From Bacillota bacterium (GTDB lineage Bacteria; Bacillota_I; Bacilli_A; RF39; UBA660), in assembly GCA_015059405.1 (NCBI GenBank), contig SVAL01000005.1, forward strand, positions 34,016 to 98,015: DNA of 64,000 nt, given 5' to 3'. Of this stretch, positions 1 through 8,195 are shown in pieces. The notes under the pieces were generated by a model that was not told where the DNA came from, did not search any database, and worked only from the letters and a program-made list of their open reading frames with translations. Made by a program: the position numbers and the translations under genes. Within the stretch, counting starts at the first letter, position 1. Each line of letters opens with the position of its first letter.

Positions 1-46
1 TTATTTATTAGATAATGAAAAAAGAATTAATTATATATATGATTAT

Positions 47-460
47 ATGTGTGATTATTTGGATCAAGAATTTATTAACTTTAATTTATGTGATTTTAAA
101 GATAATAAATGTGTATCTAGAAGAGATTTAGAATGTAGTGGATGTAAAAATCCTGTTACATATGGATGTTGTTATACTAAGGGAAGAGTTTGTCCAAATC
201 TTATTAATTCTAGATGTACAATTAAGAGTTTGCCATGTAAGTTTTTTACATGTAGGTATTTAGAAAAAAGAGGAATTAAATATAGACCTTGGGATTATTT
301 AATGATAAGACTATTTTTAAATTATAGGCAGATGTATATATTAGACCAAAGTTTATATACTCCTAAAGATATTATTATGAATAAGTTACTTAAGAAAAAT
401 TCTTTTGATTATTTATATAATGGTATAAAAAAGTTAGCTTATAATTTTAATTTGTTTTAG
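47..460 (+). CDS. Cys-rich small protein. The CxxC...GCC spacing resembles the YkgJ-type putative zinc/iron-chelating domain.
   Basis: 137-aa ORF with 14 Cys including CSGCKNPVTYGCC. It is bounded upstream by a stop at 17-19. No recognisable RBS, so coding status is uncertain. Confidence 0.35.
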   Translation: MCDYLDQEFINFNLCDFKDNKCVSRRDLECSGCKNPVTYGCCYTKGRVCPNLINSRCTIKSLPCKFFTCRYLEKRGIKYRPWDYLMIRLFLNYRQMYILDQSLYTPKDIIMNKLLKKNSFDYLYNGIKKLAYNFNLF

Positions 461-474
461 AAAAGAGGTTTTTT

Positions 475-1515
475 ATGAAGAATAAAAAGTTTAGTATATT
501 GTTAATGGTTTTGGGTGTTGTATTATTATTAGTTGGAGTTGTTTTAATGATTATTGGTGCAGATGAAAAAGAAAGTAAAACGGATAATAATGATACTAAT
601 AATGTTGTTAATAGTAATGAAGATAAATGTAAGTATGTATATTCAAAAGATGATAATTTTAGTTTTGAATTTAAATGTGATTCTGTAAAAATAGAATCTG
701 ATAATTTATTATTTAAGTTTGATAAAAATGAAGAAGGTACTTATAGTTTAGATATTTTATATAATGATCAATCTATTTTTAATACTAAAAATAATAATAT
801 GATTATGTATACGGAAGAACAAGCTGGTAATACAACAATTGCTAATATTAATGATTTATATTTTGTTCATTCATATGCTGCTGGTCAATGTGGAGATATG
901 GGACATTTGATAGTTATTTCCTCTTCAGGAGAATTATTAAAAACATTTAGTGGTATTTTTAAAATTGATAAAGATAATAATAATATTTATGTAAATGAAA
1001 TTACTAATGAAGAATGTGGAAATGTTTTAGGAAAAGAAAAATTATATGATTTATATAAAGTAGTAGAATCTAAGTTAGTTAAAGTTAGTAGTGGTTATGA
1101 ATTTAAAGAAGATACTGTTGTTAATGATGGTAATTTAAGTTTTGTTTATGGTAATGAAAATAATAATTTATATTTAAATATTTCATATAATGGTAATAAT
1201 ATTTTTTCATCTAAGACTAATGGAATAATGATATATGGTGATGAACATGCGGGACATACTAATATTCATAAGATAGATGATATTTATTTAGTGGATACAG
1301 CCGCAGCTCATCAATGTGGTTTAAAAGGATCTTTAATAGTTATTAATTCTAATGGTAATTTAATTGGTACATTTGATAGTTTAAATTTAAAGATAGATTA
1401 TGATAATAAAAAAGTTACTTTTATTGAAGATAAGAATAATGAATGTACTAATGTAGAAGGATCAAATTTAATCGAAGTTACTTATCAAATAAATGAGAAT
1501 ATGTTTAGTAAATAA
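475..1515 (+). CDS. Membrane-anchored protein of unknown function with an internal tandem duplication of a domain of about 110 aa.
   Basis: RBS aaaagaggt lies upstream. N-terminal hydrophobic helix (ILLMVLGVVLLLVGVVLMIIG). Two repeated modules align internally (NDQSIFNTKNNNMIMYTEEQAGNTTI...QCGDMGHLIVISSSG and NGNNIFSSKTNGIMIYGDEHAGHTNI...QCGLKGSLIVINSNG). A hairpin terminator follows at about 1518-1545. Confidence 0.6.
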   Translation: MKNKKFSILLMVLGVVLLLVGVVLMIIGADEKESKTDNNDTNNVVNSNEDKCKYVYSKDDNFSFEFKCDSVKIESDNLLFKFDKNEEGTYSLDILYNDQSIFNTKNNNMIMYTEEQAGNTTIANINDLYFVHSYAAGQCGDMGHLIVISSSGELLKTFSGIFKIDKDNNNIYVNEITNEECGNVLGKEKLYDLYKVVESKLVKVSSGYEFKEDTVVNDGNLSFVYGNENNNLYLNISYNGNNIFSSKTNGIMIYGDEHAGHTNIHKIDDIYLVDTAAAHQCGLKGSLIVINSNGNLIGTFDSLNLKIDYDNKKVTFIEDKNNECTNVEGSNLIEVTYQINENMFSK

Positions 1516-1641
1516 AAAGAAATCTTAGGATTTCTTTTTTTTATGTGTAAATATATTAGTAAAGATATATAAGAAAAAAGTAATGGTTTGTCGAAGTTAT
1601 TTTTTTCTTTTTCTTAATATTTTATATTTAGGTGGTGATAT

Positions 1642-1947
1642 ATGTTAAAGGTTAATTATGAATATAAAGGAGGTGTTTTATTTGTTAGGATGGAAGGGGA
1701 GTTAGATAGTAGGAATATATATTTACTTAGTAATTCTATTAAACAAATTTTAAAGATAGGAGGGATAAAATATACTGTTTTAAATGTAGAAAATGTATAT
1801 GCTTTAAATGATAGTTATATTAGATATTTACTAGATGATATAAAAAATAGTGATGTATATTTATGTGGATATAATAGTAGTAATTATAGTTATAATAATA
1901 TTTTATTAAGTAGAGAAAGTAATGTTTTTAAATATATTAATTTATAG
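1642..1947 (+). CDS. STAS-domain protein, anti-sigma-factor antagonist (SpoIIAA)-like.
   Basis: 101 aa with the size and alternating hydrophobic pattern of a STAS fold. A candidate phospho-Ser lies in ALNDSYIRYL. It overlaps the downstream sigma-factor gene. RBS taggtggtg upstream. Confidence 0.45.
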   Translation: MLKVNYEYKGGVLFVRMEGELDSRNIYLLSNSIKQILKIGGIKYTVLNVENVYALNDSYIRYLLDDIKNSDVYLCGYNSSNYSYNNILLSRESNVFKYINL

Positions 1948-1954
1948 GAGGAAT

Positions 1955-2611
1955 ATGAATAATACGATAGTAAAAGATTATGATAAGTTAATTTATAGTA
2001 TTATAAATAAATATAGTTTTTTTGGTGATATAGATGATTTATATCAAGTAGGGATGATGGGACTTTTAAAAGCTTGTGAGAACTATGATGGTAGTTTTAA
2101 TACAAAGTTTTCTACTTATGCACATACTTATATTTTAGGAGAGGTATTAAAGTATATTAGGGATAATAAAGTTGTAAGAATTAATAGAGATTTAATTAGG
2201 CTTTCTTCAAGAGTAGAGAAAGTGCGGGAGATGCTTAATCAAAAATTAATGCGAGAAGTAACTAATAGTGAGATTGCGAACTTTTTAGGTATAGATGAGA
2301 AGTTAGTTGATGAAGCTGTTGTTTCGAGTAATTTTGTTAAAAGTTTAGATTATGAATTAAATGATGAAGGAAGAGAATTAAATTTATATGATAGTATTAA
2401 GTATGAGGAAAAAGGTTTTGATGGAGAATTAATTGATTTAAGAGATAGTATTGAAAGTTTGAATGAGGAAGAGAAAAAAATTATTCAATATCGATATTTT
2501 GATGATAGAACTCAAAGTGATGTTTCTTTAGAGTTAGGAATGAGTCAGGTACAAGTATCTAGAAAAGAGTCAAAGATATTACAAAAATTAAAGAAAGATT
2601 TAGTTGGATAA
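1955..2611 (+). CDS. Sporulation-type sigma-70 family sigma factor (SigF/SigG-like).
   Basis: GGAGG RBS at 1946-1951, then ATG 1955. Region 2 (YQVGMMGLLKACENYD...FSTYAHTYILGEV) and a region 4.2 HTH (QSDVSLELGMSQVQVSRKESKILQKLK) are present. It sits directly upstream of spoVA genes as in spoIIA-spoVA loci. Confidence 0.7.
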   Translation: MNNTIVKDYDKLIYSIINKYSFFGDIDDLYQVGMMGLLKACENYDGSFNTKFSTYAHTYILGEVLKYIRDNKVVRINRDLIRLSSRVEKVREMLNQKLMREVTNSEIANFLGIDEKLVDEAVVSSNFVKSLDYELNDEGRELNLYDSIKYEEKGFDGELIDLRDSIESLNEEEKKIIQYRYFDDRTQSDVSLELGMSQVQVSRKESKILQKLKKDLVG

Positions 2612-2670
2612 ATCTTTTTTTTAATGTATGATAATAATGTAGATATATTTGATGTTTGGGAGATGTAAAT

Positions 2671-3111
2671 ATGGAAGATAGAGTAGATTTAGAAGGATTT
2701 ATGTATGAAGAGGATGGATCTTTTAAACCATTAACAGCTAGTTCTGGAAATATAGATGGGGCACTGGCACATTTAAGAAATACTTATATGGAAGCAGAAA
2801 GAAATTATTTTGAAAAGTTGCTTTCAAGAGATAAGGTTAGAGAAGCTTTTTTCCAATATATTGATTGTGATAGTGATGTGTTGTTTGATGAAGCAATGAA
2901 AATCCAAGAGAGACTGGAAACAGGACAATTAGAAACTGTTGAGGAATTAGAAAAAATGAAAATGATGAATGCGGAAGAAAGAGATAATTTTCATATGCAG
3001 AAACTAGAAAATGCTGAAGGATTAATGTGTTTGTTTTTAGCAGCTACAAGAGATAAAGTTTTAGTAAAGGAATTATCGTTAACTTATTCAGGAAGAGAAA
3101 GACGTCATTAA
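2671..3111 (+). CDS. Hypothetical acidic protein.
   Basis: ORF with GGGAG RBS at 2657-2661 and ATG at 2671. No recognisable domain. Confidence 0.5.
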   Translation: MEDRVDLEGFMYEEDGSFKPLTASSGNIDGALAHLRNTYMEAERNYFEKLLSRDKVREAFFQYIDCDSDVLFDEAMKIQERLETGQLETVEELEKMKMMNAEERDNFHMQKLENAEGLMCLFLAATRDKVLVKELSLTYSGRERRH

Positions 3112-3191
3112 AAAATAAAATTGATGAGTAAATCATCAATTTTTTTTGTATAAAAATAAATGTTTTGTTAATCATATAAAAAGGTGATGAT

Positions 3192-3635
3192 ATGGAAAAA
3201 CAAAATTATAAAAAAATAGTAGATAGACATAAGCCAACAGAAGATAGACTTATGAATGCGATAGTAGCATTTTTTATAGGGGGATTAATAGGAGCGATAG
3301 GTCAACTTTTAATAGAGTTTTATTCTTCTTGGTTACAGATTCCTACACAGGAAGCTAGTAGTTTTATGATAGTTACATTAATTTTTGTATCTTGTTTATT
3401 TACTGCGCTTGGTTTTTTTGATAAATGGGTAACTTTTGCGAAGTGTGGACTTATTATACCTATTACTGGATTTGCACATTCTATGATGAGTAGTGGTATG
3501 GAATATAAGCATGAGGGACCTATATTTGGAGTAGGAGCTAATTTATTTAAATTAGCTGGTTCAGTTATTTTATATGGTATTGTAGCTGCATGGTTTTTTG
3601 GAATGATAAGATACTTTTTTTTAGGAGGAGTGTAG
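3192..3635 (+). CDS. spoVAC: Stage V sporulation protein AC.
   Basis: 147-aa polytopic membrane protein with the SpoVAC pattern (KPTEDRLMNAIVAFFIGGLIGAIGQ...). The order AC-AD-AE is conserved. Confidence 0.8.
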   Translation: MEKQNYKKIVDRHKPTEDRLMNAIVAFFIGGLIGAIGQLLIEFYSSWLQIPTQEASSFMIVTLIFVSCLFTALGFFDKWVTFAKCGLIIPITGFAHSMMSSGMEYKHEGPIFGVGANLFKLAGSVILYGIVAAWFFGMIRYFFLGGV

Positions 3636-4631
3636 ATGACTTTTACATATGATGATGTATATATAAATTTTTATAGTACAGTAGGTGGTCCTTATGAAAA
3701 AGATGGACCGTTAGGTAAGAATTTAGATAAAGTTTATACTAATTTATATGCTGGAGAAAAGACTTGGGAACAAGCTGAAGTTAAGATGTTATCTGATAGT
3801 ATAGATGTAGTTTTAAAGAAAAGTAGAAAAGATAGTAGTGATATTGATTTATTAATAAGTGGAGATTTATTAAATCAAGTTACAGCTTCTAGTTATTCAG
3901 CTTTAAAATTTAATATACCTTTTTTTGGAATATATGGGGCTTGTTCTAGTAGTGTAGAGGGAATTATTTTAATGAGTTCTTTAATAGATGGTAAAAAGGT
4001 TAAGAATGGGATAGTATCAGTTTCTTCTCATAATATGTCTAGTGAAAAACAATTTAGAAATCCAACTGAATATGGTGCACCTAAACCTAAAACAGCAACT
4101 TTTACATCTACTGGGGGTGCTAGTGTTTTATTAAGTAATCAAAAGGGTAAAATAAGGGTTGAATCTTCAACGATAGGAAAAGTTGTAGATATGGATCAAA
4201 CAGATCCTTTTAATATGGGTGGTGCAATGGCTTGTAGTGCTGGTGATACTATTTATAAACATTTAAAAGATATGAAAAGAAGTATTAATGATTATGATTT
4301 AATTTTAACTGGTGATTTAGGTCGATATGGTAAAGAGATACTTATTGATTATATGAAGGAAGAATATAAAATAGAGTTAGGTAAAAATTATGATGATAGT
4401 GGAACTATGCTTTATGATTTAAATAAACAAGAAGAGGTTTTAGCAGGTGCTAGTGGACCTTTATGTATTGCTATGGTTAGTTATAGTGATATTTTACCTA
4501 AGTTAGAAAAAGGGGTATTTAAAAGAGTTTTATTAGTGGCAACAGGAGCACTTTTCTCACCAACTTTTGTATATCAACATAAACCTATATATTCGATTAG
4601 TCATGCAGTTAGTTTGGAGGTTAATAAATGA
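3636..4631 (+). CDS. spoVAD: Stage V sporulation protein AD (thiolase-fold DPA-binding subunit).
   Basis: 331 aa, with conserved motifs GIYGACSS and GGAMACSAG. It is translationally coupled to spoVAC and spoVAE. Confidence 0.85.
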   Translation: MTFTYDDVYINFYSTVGGPYEKDGPLGKNLDKVYTNLYAGEKTWEQAEVKMLSDSIDVVLKKSRKDSSDIDLLISGDLLNQVTASSYSALKFNIPFFGIYGACSSSVEGIILMSSLIDGKKVKNGIVSVSSHNMSSEKQFRNPTEYGAPKPKTATFTSTGGASVLLSNQKGKIRVESSTIGKVVDMDQTDPFNMGGAMACSAGDTIYKHLKDMKRSINDYDLILTGDLGRYGKEILIDYMKEEYKIELGKNYDDSGTMLYDLNKQEEVLAGASGPLCIAMVSYSDILPKLEKGVFKRVLLVATGALFSPTFVYQHKPIYSISHAVSLEVNK

Positions 4632-4978
4632 TTTATTTATATTCATTCTTATTTTGTGGATTTATTTGTTTACTTGGACAAATTATACTTGATAATACTA
4701 AATTAACAGCAGGACATATTACTAGTATATTTGTAGTAGTTGGTGCAGCACTTGATAGTTTTAGTTTTTATGATAAAATTATTTTACATGTAGGTGGTGG
4801 TGCTTTAGTACCAATTACATCATTTGGACATTCTTTAATACATGGAGCTTTAGCAAAAGCTGAGGAAATGGGATTTATAGGATTATTAACGGGTATGTTT
4901 GATTTAACAGCAACTGGTATTACTGCAGCTATATTATTCAGTTTTTTATTACTTCTTGTTTTTAAACCTAAAAATTAA
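4628..4978 (+). CDS. spoVAE: Stage V sporulation protein AE (membrane subunit).
   Basis: 116-aa membrane protein overlapping the spoVAD stop (ATGA). A terminator hairpin follows at about 4981-5010. Confidence 0.75.
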   Translation: MIYLYSFLFCGFICLLGQIILDNTKLTAGHITSIFVVVGAALDSFSFYDKIILHVGGGALVPITSFGHSLIHGALAKAEEMGFIGLLTGMFDLTATGITAAILFSFLLLLVFKPKN

Positions 4979-5011
4979 AAGAAATAGATTTCTCTATTTC
5001 TTTTTTTTATA

Positions 5012-6370
5012 TTATTCAGTTGGTTTTACGATATTTAAAAGATTATCTTCTACTGGCTCTACTACTTCTGTTTGTGGAGCATTTGGTGTAGTTGAAACAG
5101 GAGCTTCTACAGTTGGTGCTTGAGTTGCGATTTCAAGAGGATTTGGTGCAACAGGTGTTGGTGTATCAACAACTGGAGTGTTTGGTGTAATTGCAACTGG
5201 AGTTTCTGGAGCTTGAATTGCAGCTTCAAGTGGGTTTGGTACAGTAGGTGTTGGTGTATCAACAACTGGAGTGTTTGGTGTAATTGCAACTGGAGTTTCT
5301 GGAGCTTGAATTGCAGCTTCAAGTGGGTTTTGTGTAGTAGATGTCTCAGGTGTATTAGTAACTACAGGTTCACTACTAACCGCTGGTATTTGTGCTACTG
5401 TTTCTGCCTCTGTTAATCCGCCAATTGTAGGAATAATTGCTTCTGGTATTTCTTCTGGTTTAAATTGTTGGTTAACAACTTTTTCTCTTGGTGTATCTTC
5501 AACTACTGAAGGTGTCAACTCACCGATAGTAGGTGGTGGTAGAGGATTAGGCATTGCAACAGGTATTGGAACTGCCATACCTTGCATTGGTTGTTGTTGA
5601 ACAACATCTTTTTTATATTTATCACTTAAATTTTTGTATGGATCAGGTTGTGTATTTGCTTGGTATTTTGTTGCTGTATCATAAACATCATCTACTTCAT
5701 GTAATGCAACGTAATCTTTATCAATATAGTGTACTCTTAACATTGGATTGATTAAGAATGTACCAATTGATAAGAAAGTTAAAATAGTGTTTACTTTTTC
5801 TAATGTCTCAACATTATCTTTTTTACTTTGGTCTAAACCAAATTGATTAGTACTGTAAGATGTAAGTGAAGTAAGACCACTAAGACTACTGCTACTATCA
5901 AAATCTTTTAATCCAGTAACATATGGGAATATCGCAGTAATTGCTATTATAAAAGCAGTTATATTTTGAAATTTACCATGTGCTGTATTAGATTGTGGTA
6001 TTTCGTATACCATTACAATTAAGAATGAAAATATTGTTATGTGGGACATGAAGTTTGATATTTCATAAAGACTACTTGCATCTTCTAATATTAATTGTAA
6101 TGCTGTTAACAATAAATTGACTAATCCAACAAAAGTAGCAATATATCCAACAACCCTTGCATTTCTATTTGCAATTACGTTTGCTGATCTTGAAAATAGA
6201 AAAGTCATTCCTAAAATCTCAACAGCAATTGTAAGCATATATATTGATGTTTTATCAGTAATACTTATATCGATTGCTCCTAATACTATTAAAGCTATAT
6301 ATAGTAATGATAAAATAAACATAACTATAAGAGCATTATAAATTTTTTTAAACATATCCATATTAAACAA
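5012..6370 (-). CDS. Polytopic membrane protein with a C-terminal Pro/Thr-rich tandem-repeat tail.
   Basis: 452 aa. The N-terminal 250 aa contain 6 or more TM helices. The C-terminal half is PT-rich with 31-aa repeats (PNPLEAAIQAPETPVAITPNTPVVDTPTPTV). Confidence 0.6.
   Translation of the reverse strand: MFNMDMFKKIYNALIVMFILSLLYIALIVLGAIDISITDKTSIYMLTIAVEILGMTFLFSRSANVIANRNARVVGYIATFVGLVNLLLTALQLILEDASSLYEISNFMSHITIFSFLIVMVYEIPQSNTAHGKFQNITAFIIAITAIFPYVTGLKDFDSSSSLSGLTSLTSYSTNQFGLDQSKKDNVETLEKVNTILTFLSIGTFLINPMLRVHYIDKDYVALHEVDDVYDTATKYQANTQPDPYKNLSDKYKKDVVQQQPMQGMAVPIPVAMPNPLPPPTIGELTPSVVEDTPREKVVNQQFKPEEIPEAIIPTIGGLTEAETVAQIPAVSSEPVVTNTPETSTTQNPLEAAIQAPETPVAITPNTPVVDTPTPTVPNPLEAAIQAPETPVAITPNTPVVDTPTPVAPNPLEIATQAPTVEAPVSTTPNAPQTEVVEPVEDNLLNIVKPTE
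5107..5330. repeat. About 2.5 copies of a 93-nt tandem repeat encoding the Pro/Thr repeats of the 5012-6370 gene.
   Basis: A near-identical 93-nt unit is visible directly in the sequence (…ggagcttgaattgcagcttcaagtgggtttggt…). Confidence 0.8.
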
Positions 6371-6481
6371 CTCCTTTATTATATCTACTTATTATATTAA
6401 CATAAATTTCAACTTTTTTATATTTAAAATTATTAAAAAACTTATAAATATGTTATTATATTAATATATGGATGTGATAAT

Positions 6482-7204
6482 ATGGAATATGCATTAAATA
6501 TAGATAGTTTTCAAGGTCCTTTAGATTTATTACTTCATTTAATAAAAGAAGCTAAAATGGATATTTTTGATTTAAAAATAGAAGAAATTACAAATCAATA
6601 TTTAGCTTATATAAATAAAATGGAAGAAATGAATTTGGATATAGCTAGTAGTTATTTAGTTATGTCTGCGGAACTTTTAGAAATTAAATCAAAGATGCTT
6701 TTACCTAAACATAATAATGATGACGAAATAGAAGAAGAAGATCCAAGAGAAGAATTAGTTAATAAGTTAATTGAATATCAAAGATATAAAGATTTAACTT
6801 CTAGTTTTAAAGATTTAGAAGTAGAAAGACATATGATATATACTAAACTTCCTGAAAATATAAAAGAGTATGTAGATGAAAATCAAGTAGTTAATGGAGG
6901 AGAAGTTACTTTAGATGATTTAGTGGATGCATTTAAAAAGTTTTTAGAAAGACAAAAACTAAATCAACCATTAAATACAAAAGTTACTTCTAAAGAAATA
7001 ACTGTAGAACATAGAAGAAGAAGTATAAAAAAGATTTTATTAAGTAAGAAAAAAGTTAATTTTATGGAATTATTTGATATTATAAATAAAGAATATGTAG
7101 TAGTTACTTTTTTAGCAGTACTTGAAATGGCTAAAGCTAAAGAATTAATTATTAGACAAGAAAATAATTTTGATGAAATTGTTTGTGAGGTGGCACATGA
7201 ATAA
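6482..7204 (+). CDS. scpA: Segregation and condensation protein A (kleisin).
   Basis: N-terminus FQGPLDLLLHLIKEAKMDIFDLKIEEIT is canonical ScpA. It is followed by scpB with overlap. Confidence 0.85.
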   Translation: MEYALNIDSFQGPLDLLLHLIKEAKMDIFDLKIEEITNQYLAYINKMEEMNLDIASSYLVMSAELLEIKSKMLLPKHNNDDEIEEEDPREELVNKLIEYQRYKDLTSSFKDLEVERHMIYTKLPENIKEYVDENQVVNGGEVTLDDLVDAFKKFLERQKLNQPLNTKVTSKEITVEHRRRSIKKILLSKKKVNFMELFDIINKEYVVVTFLAVLEMAKAKELIIRQENNFDEIVCEVAHE

Positions 7205-7760
7205 ATTAGCAATACTAGAAGGATTATTATTTGTAGTTGGTGATGATGGTCTTACTCTAAAACAAATTTGTGAGATTATGGAATTATCTTTAGAAGAAGG
7301 AAAAGATTTAATAATTGAATTAAAAAGAGTATATGATGATGAAAGTCATGGAATAAAGATTAATATTTTAGGTGATAGATTTAAGCTAAGTACTAAAAAA
7401 GAACATCGTGAATATTATCAAAAATTAATAGAGACACCTGAAAATAGTGTTTTATCACAAGCTGCTTTAGAGACTTTAGCAATAGTTGCTTATAATGAAC
7501 CGTTAACTAGAATGGAAGTAGACGAAATAAGAGGAGTAAATTCTCGAGATATGTTAAGAAAGTTAGTTGCAAAAGGACTTATAAAAGAAGAAGGAAGAAG
7601 TGAACTTCCCGGAAGACCAATTTTATATGCAACAACTAATGAGTTTTTAGATTATTTTGGTTTAGCAAGTAAAGAAGAATTACCTAAATTTGAAAAGAAA
7701 GTAGAAGAAATAGTAGATGATACAGATTTGTATCATTCTAAATACGTGGAAGAAGAATAG
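7197..7760 (+). CDS. scpB: Segregation and condensation protein B.
   Basis: MNKLAILEGLLFVVGDDGLTLKQI, the ScpB winged-helix N-terminus. I prefer the start at 7197 overlapping the scpA stop. The ORF track start at 7170 is probably too early. Confidence 0.85.
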   Translation: MNKLAILEGLLFVVGDDGLTLKQICEIMELSLEEGKDLIIELKRVYDDESHGIKINILGDRFKLSTKKEHREYYQKLIETPENSVLSQAALETLAIVAYNEPLTRMEVDEIRGVNSRDMLRKLVAKGLIKEEGRSELPGRPILYATTNEFLDYFGLASKEELPKFEKKVEEIVDDTDLYHSKYVEEE

Positions 7761-7763
7761 AAA

Positions 7764-7795
7764 AAGAAAGATTATAGATAATCTTTCTTTTTTTA
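7764..7795 (+). terminator. Rho-independent terminator of scpB.
   Basis: Hairpin gaaagattat-agat-aatctttc followed by T7. Confidence 0.6.
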
Positions 7796-8139
7796 GGAAA
7801 AATAATACTTAGAATTAATAATATAATTGGATACATTTGATAATCAGATGCTTTTCCTTCTAAAACAGGGGATAAGGAAGGGTGGTGATAGTTATGACAA
7901 AAAGAGAAATATCTCTATTTATTATAATTATTTTCCAATACGTAATAATCTTTATATTATTATTAAAATAAAAAAAGCATCTGCTCACTAAAGTGAGTTC
8001 AGATGCAAACCAGAAAGAGAATGCATTTGATATTCCCAAATCAAATGTATCCTTTTTATTTTATGAAGTTACCTTCATCTACATACATAATAACATATAA
8101 AAATAGCAGTGTAAACGTAAAAAGTATAAATGTAAAACC

Positions 8140-8167
8140 TTGACAAAAGACCGGGGGGGGGTATGAT
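8140..8167 (+). promoter_or_regulatory. Sigma-A-like promoter TTGACA-N16-TATGAT. The spacer contains a G9 homopolymer (8153-8161).
   Basis: TTGACA at 8140-8145 and TATGAT at 8162-8167. The 16-nt spacer is aaagacc followed by nine Gs. It lies 29 nt upstream of the pilin-like gene's ATG at 8196, which has RBS agaggagtg. Confidence 0.5.
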
Positions 8168-8195
8168 TTTAGTAGATAATAGAGGAGTGTGTCAA

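Noticed and set aside
5107-5416. ORFs 5107-5322 (minus, Leu/Gln-rich) and 5120-5416 (plus, Cys/Trp-rich) in the ORF track.
   Set aside because: They lie entirely inside the 93-nt tandem repeats of the 5012-6370 gene. Their composition is a repeat artefact of reading the PT-repeat DNA in other frames.
6964-7212. An 82-aa minus-strand ORF inside the scpA/scpB junction.
   Set aside because: It is antisense to the well-supported scpA 3' end.
8163-8195. An upstream ATG start (MILVDNRGVCQ) for the first pilin-like gene.
   Set aside because: The class III prepilin signal requires the short MKNKKG leader. A good RBS (agaggagtg) precedes ATG 8196. The ATG at 8163 lies inside the predicted -10 element.
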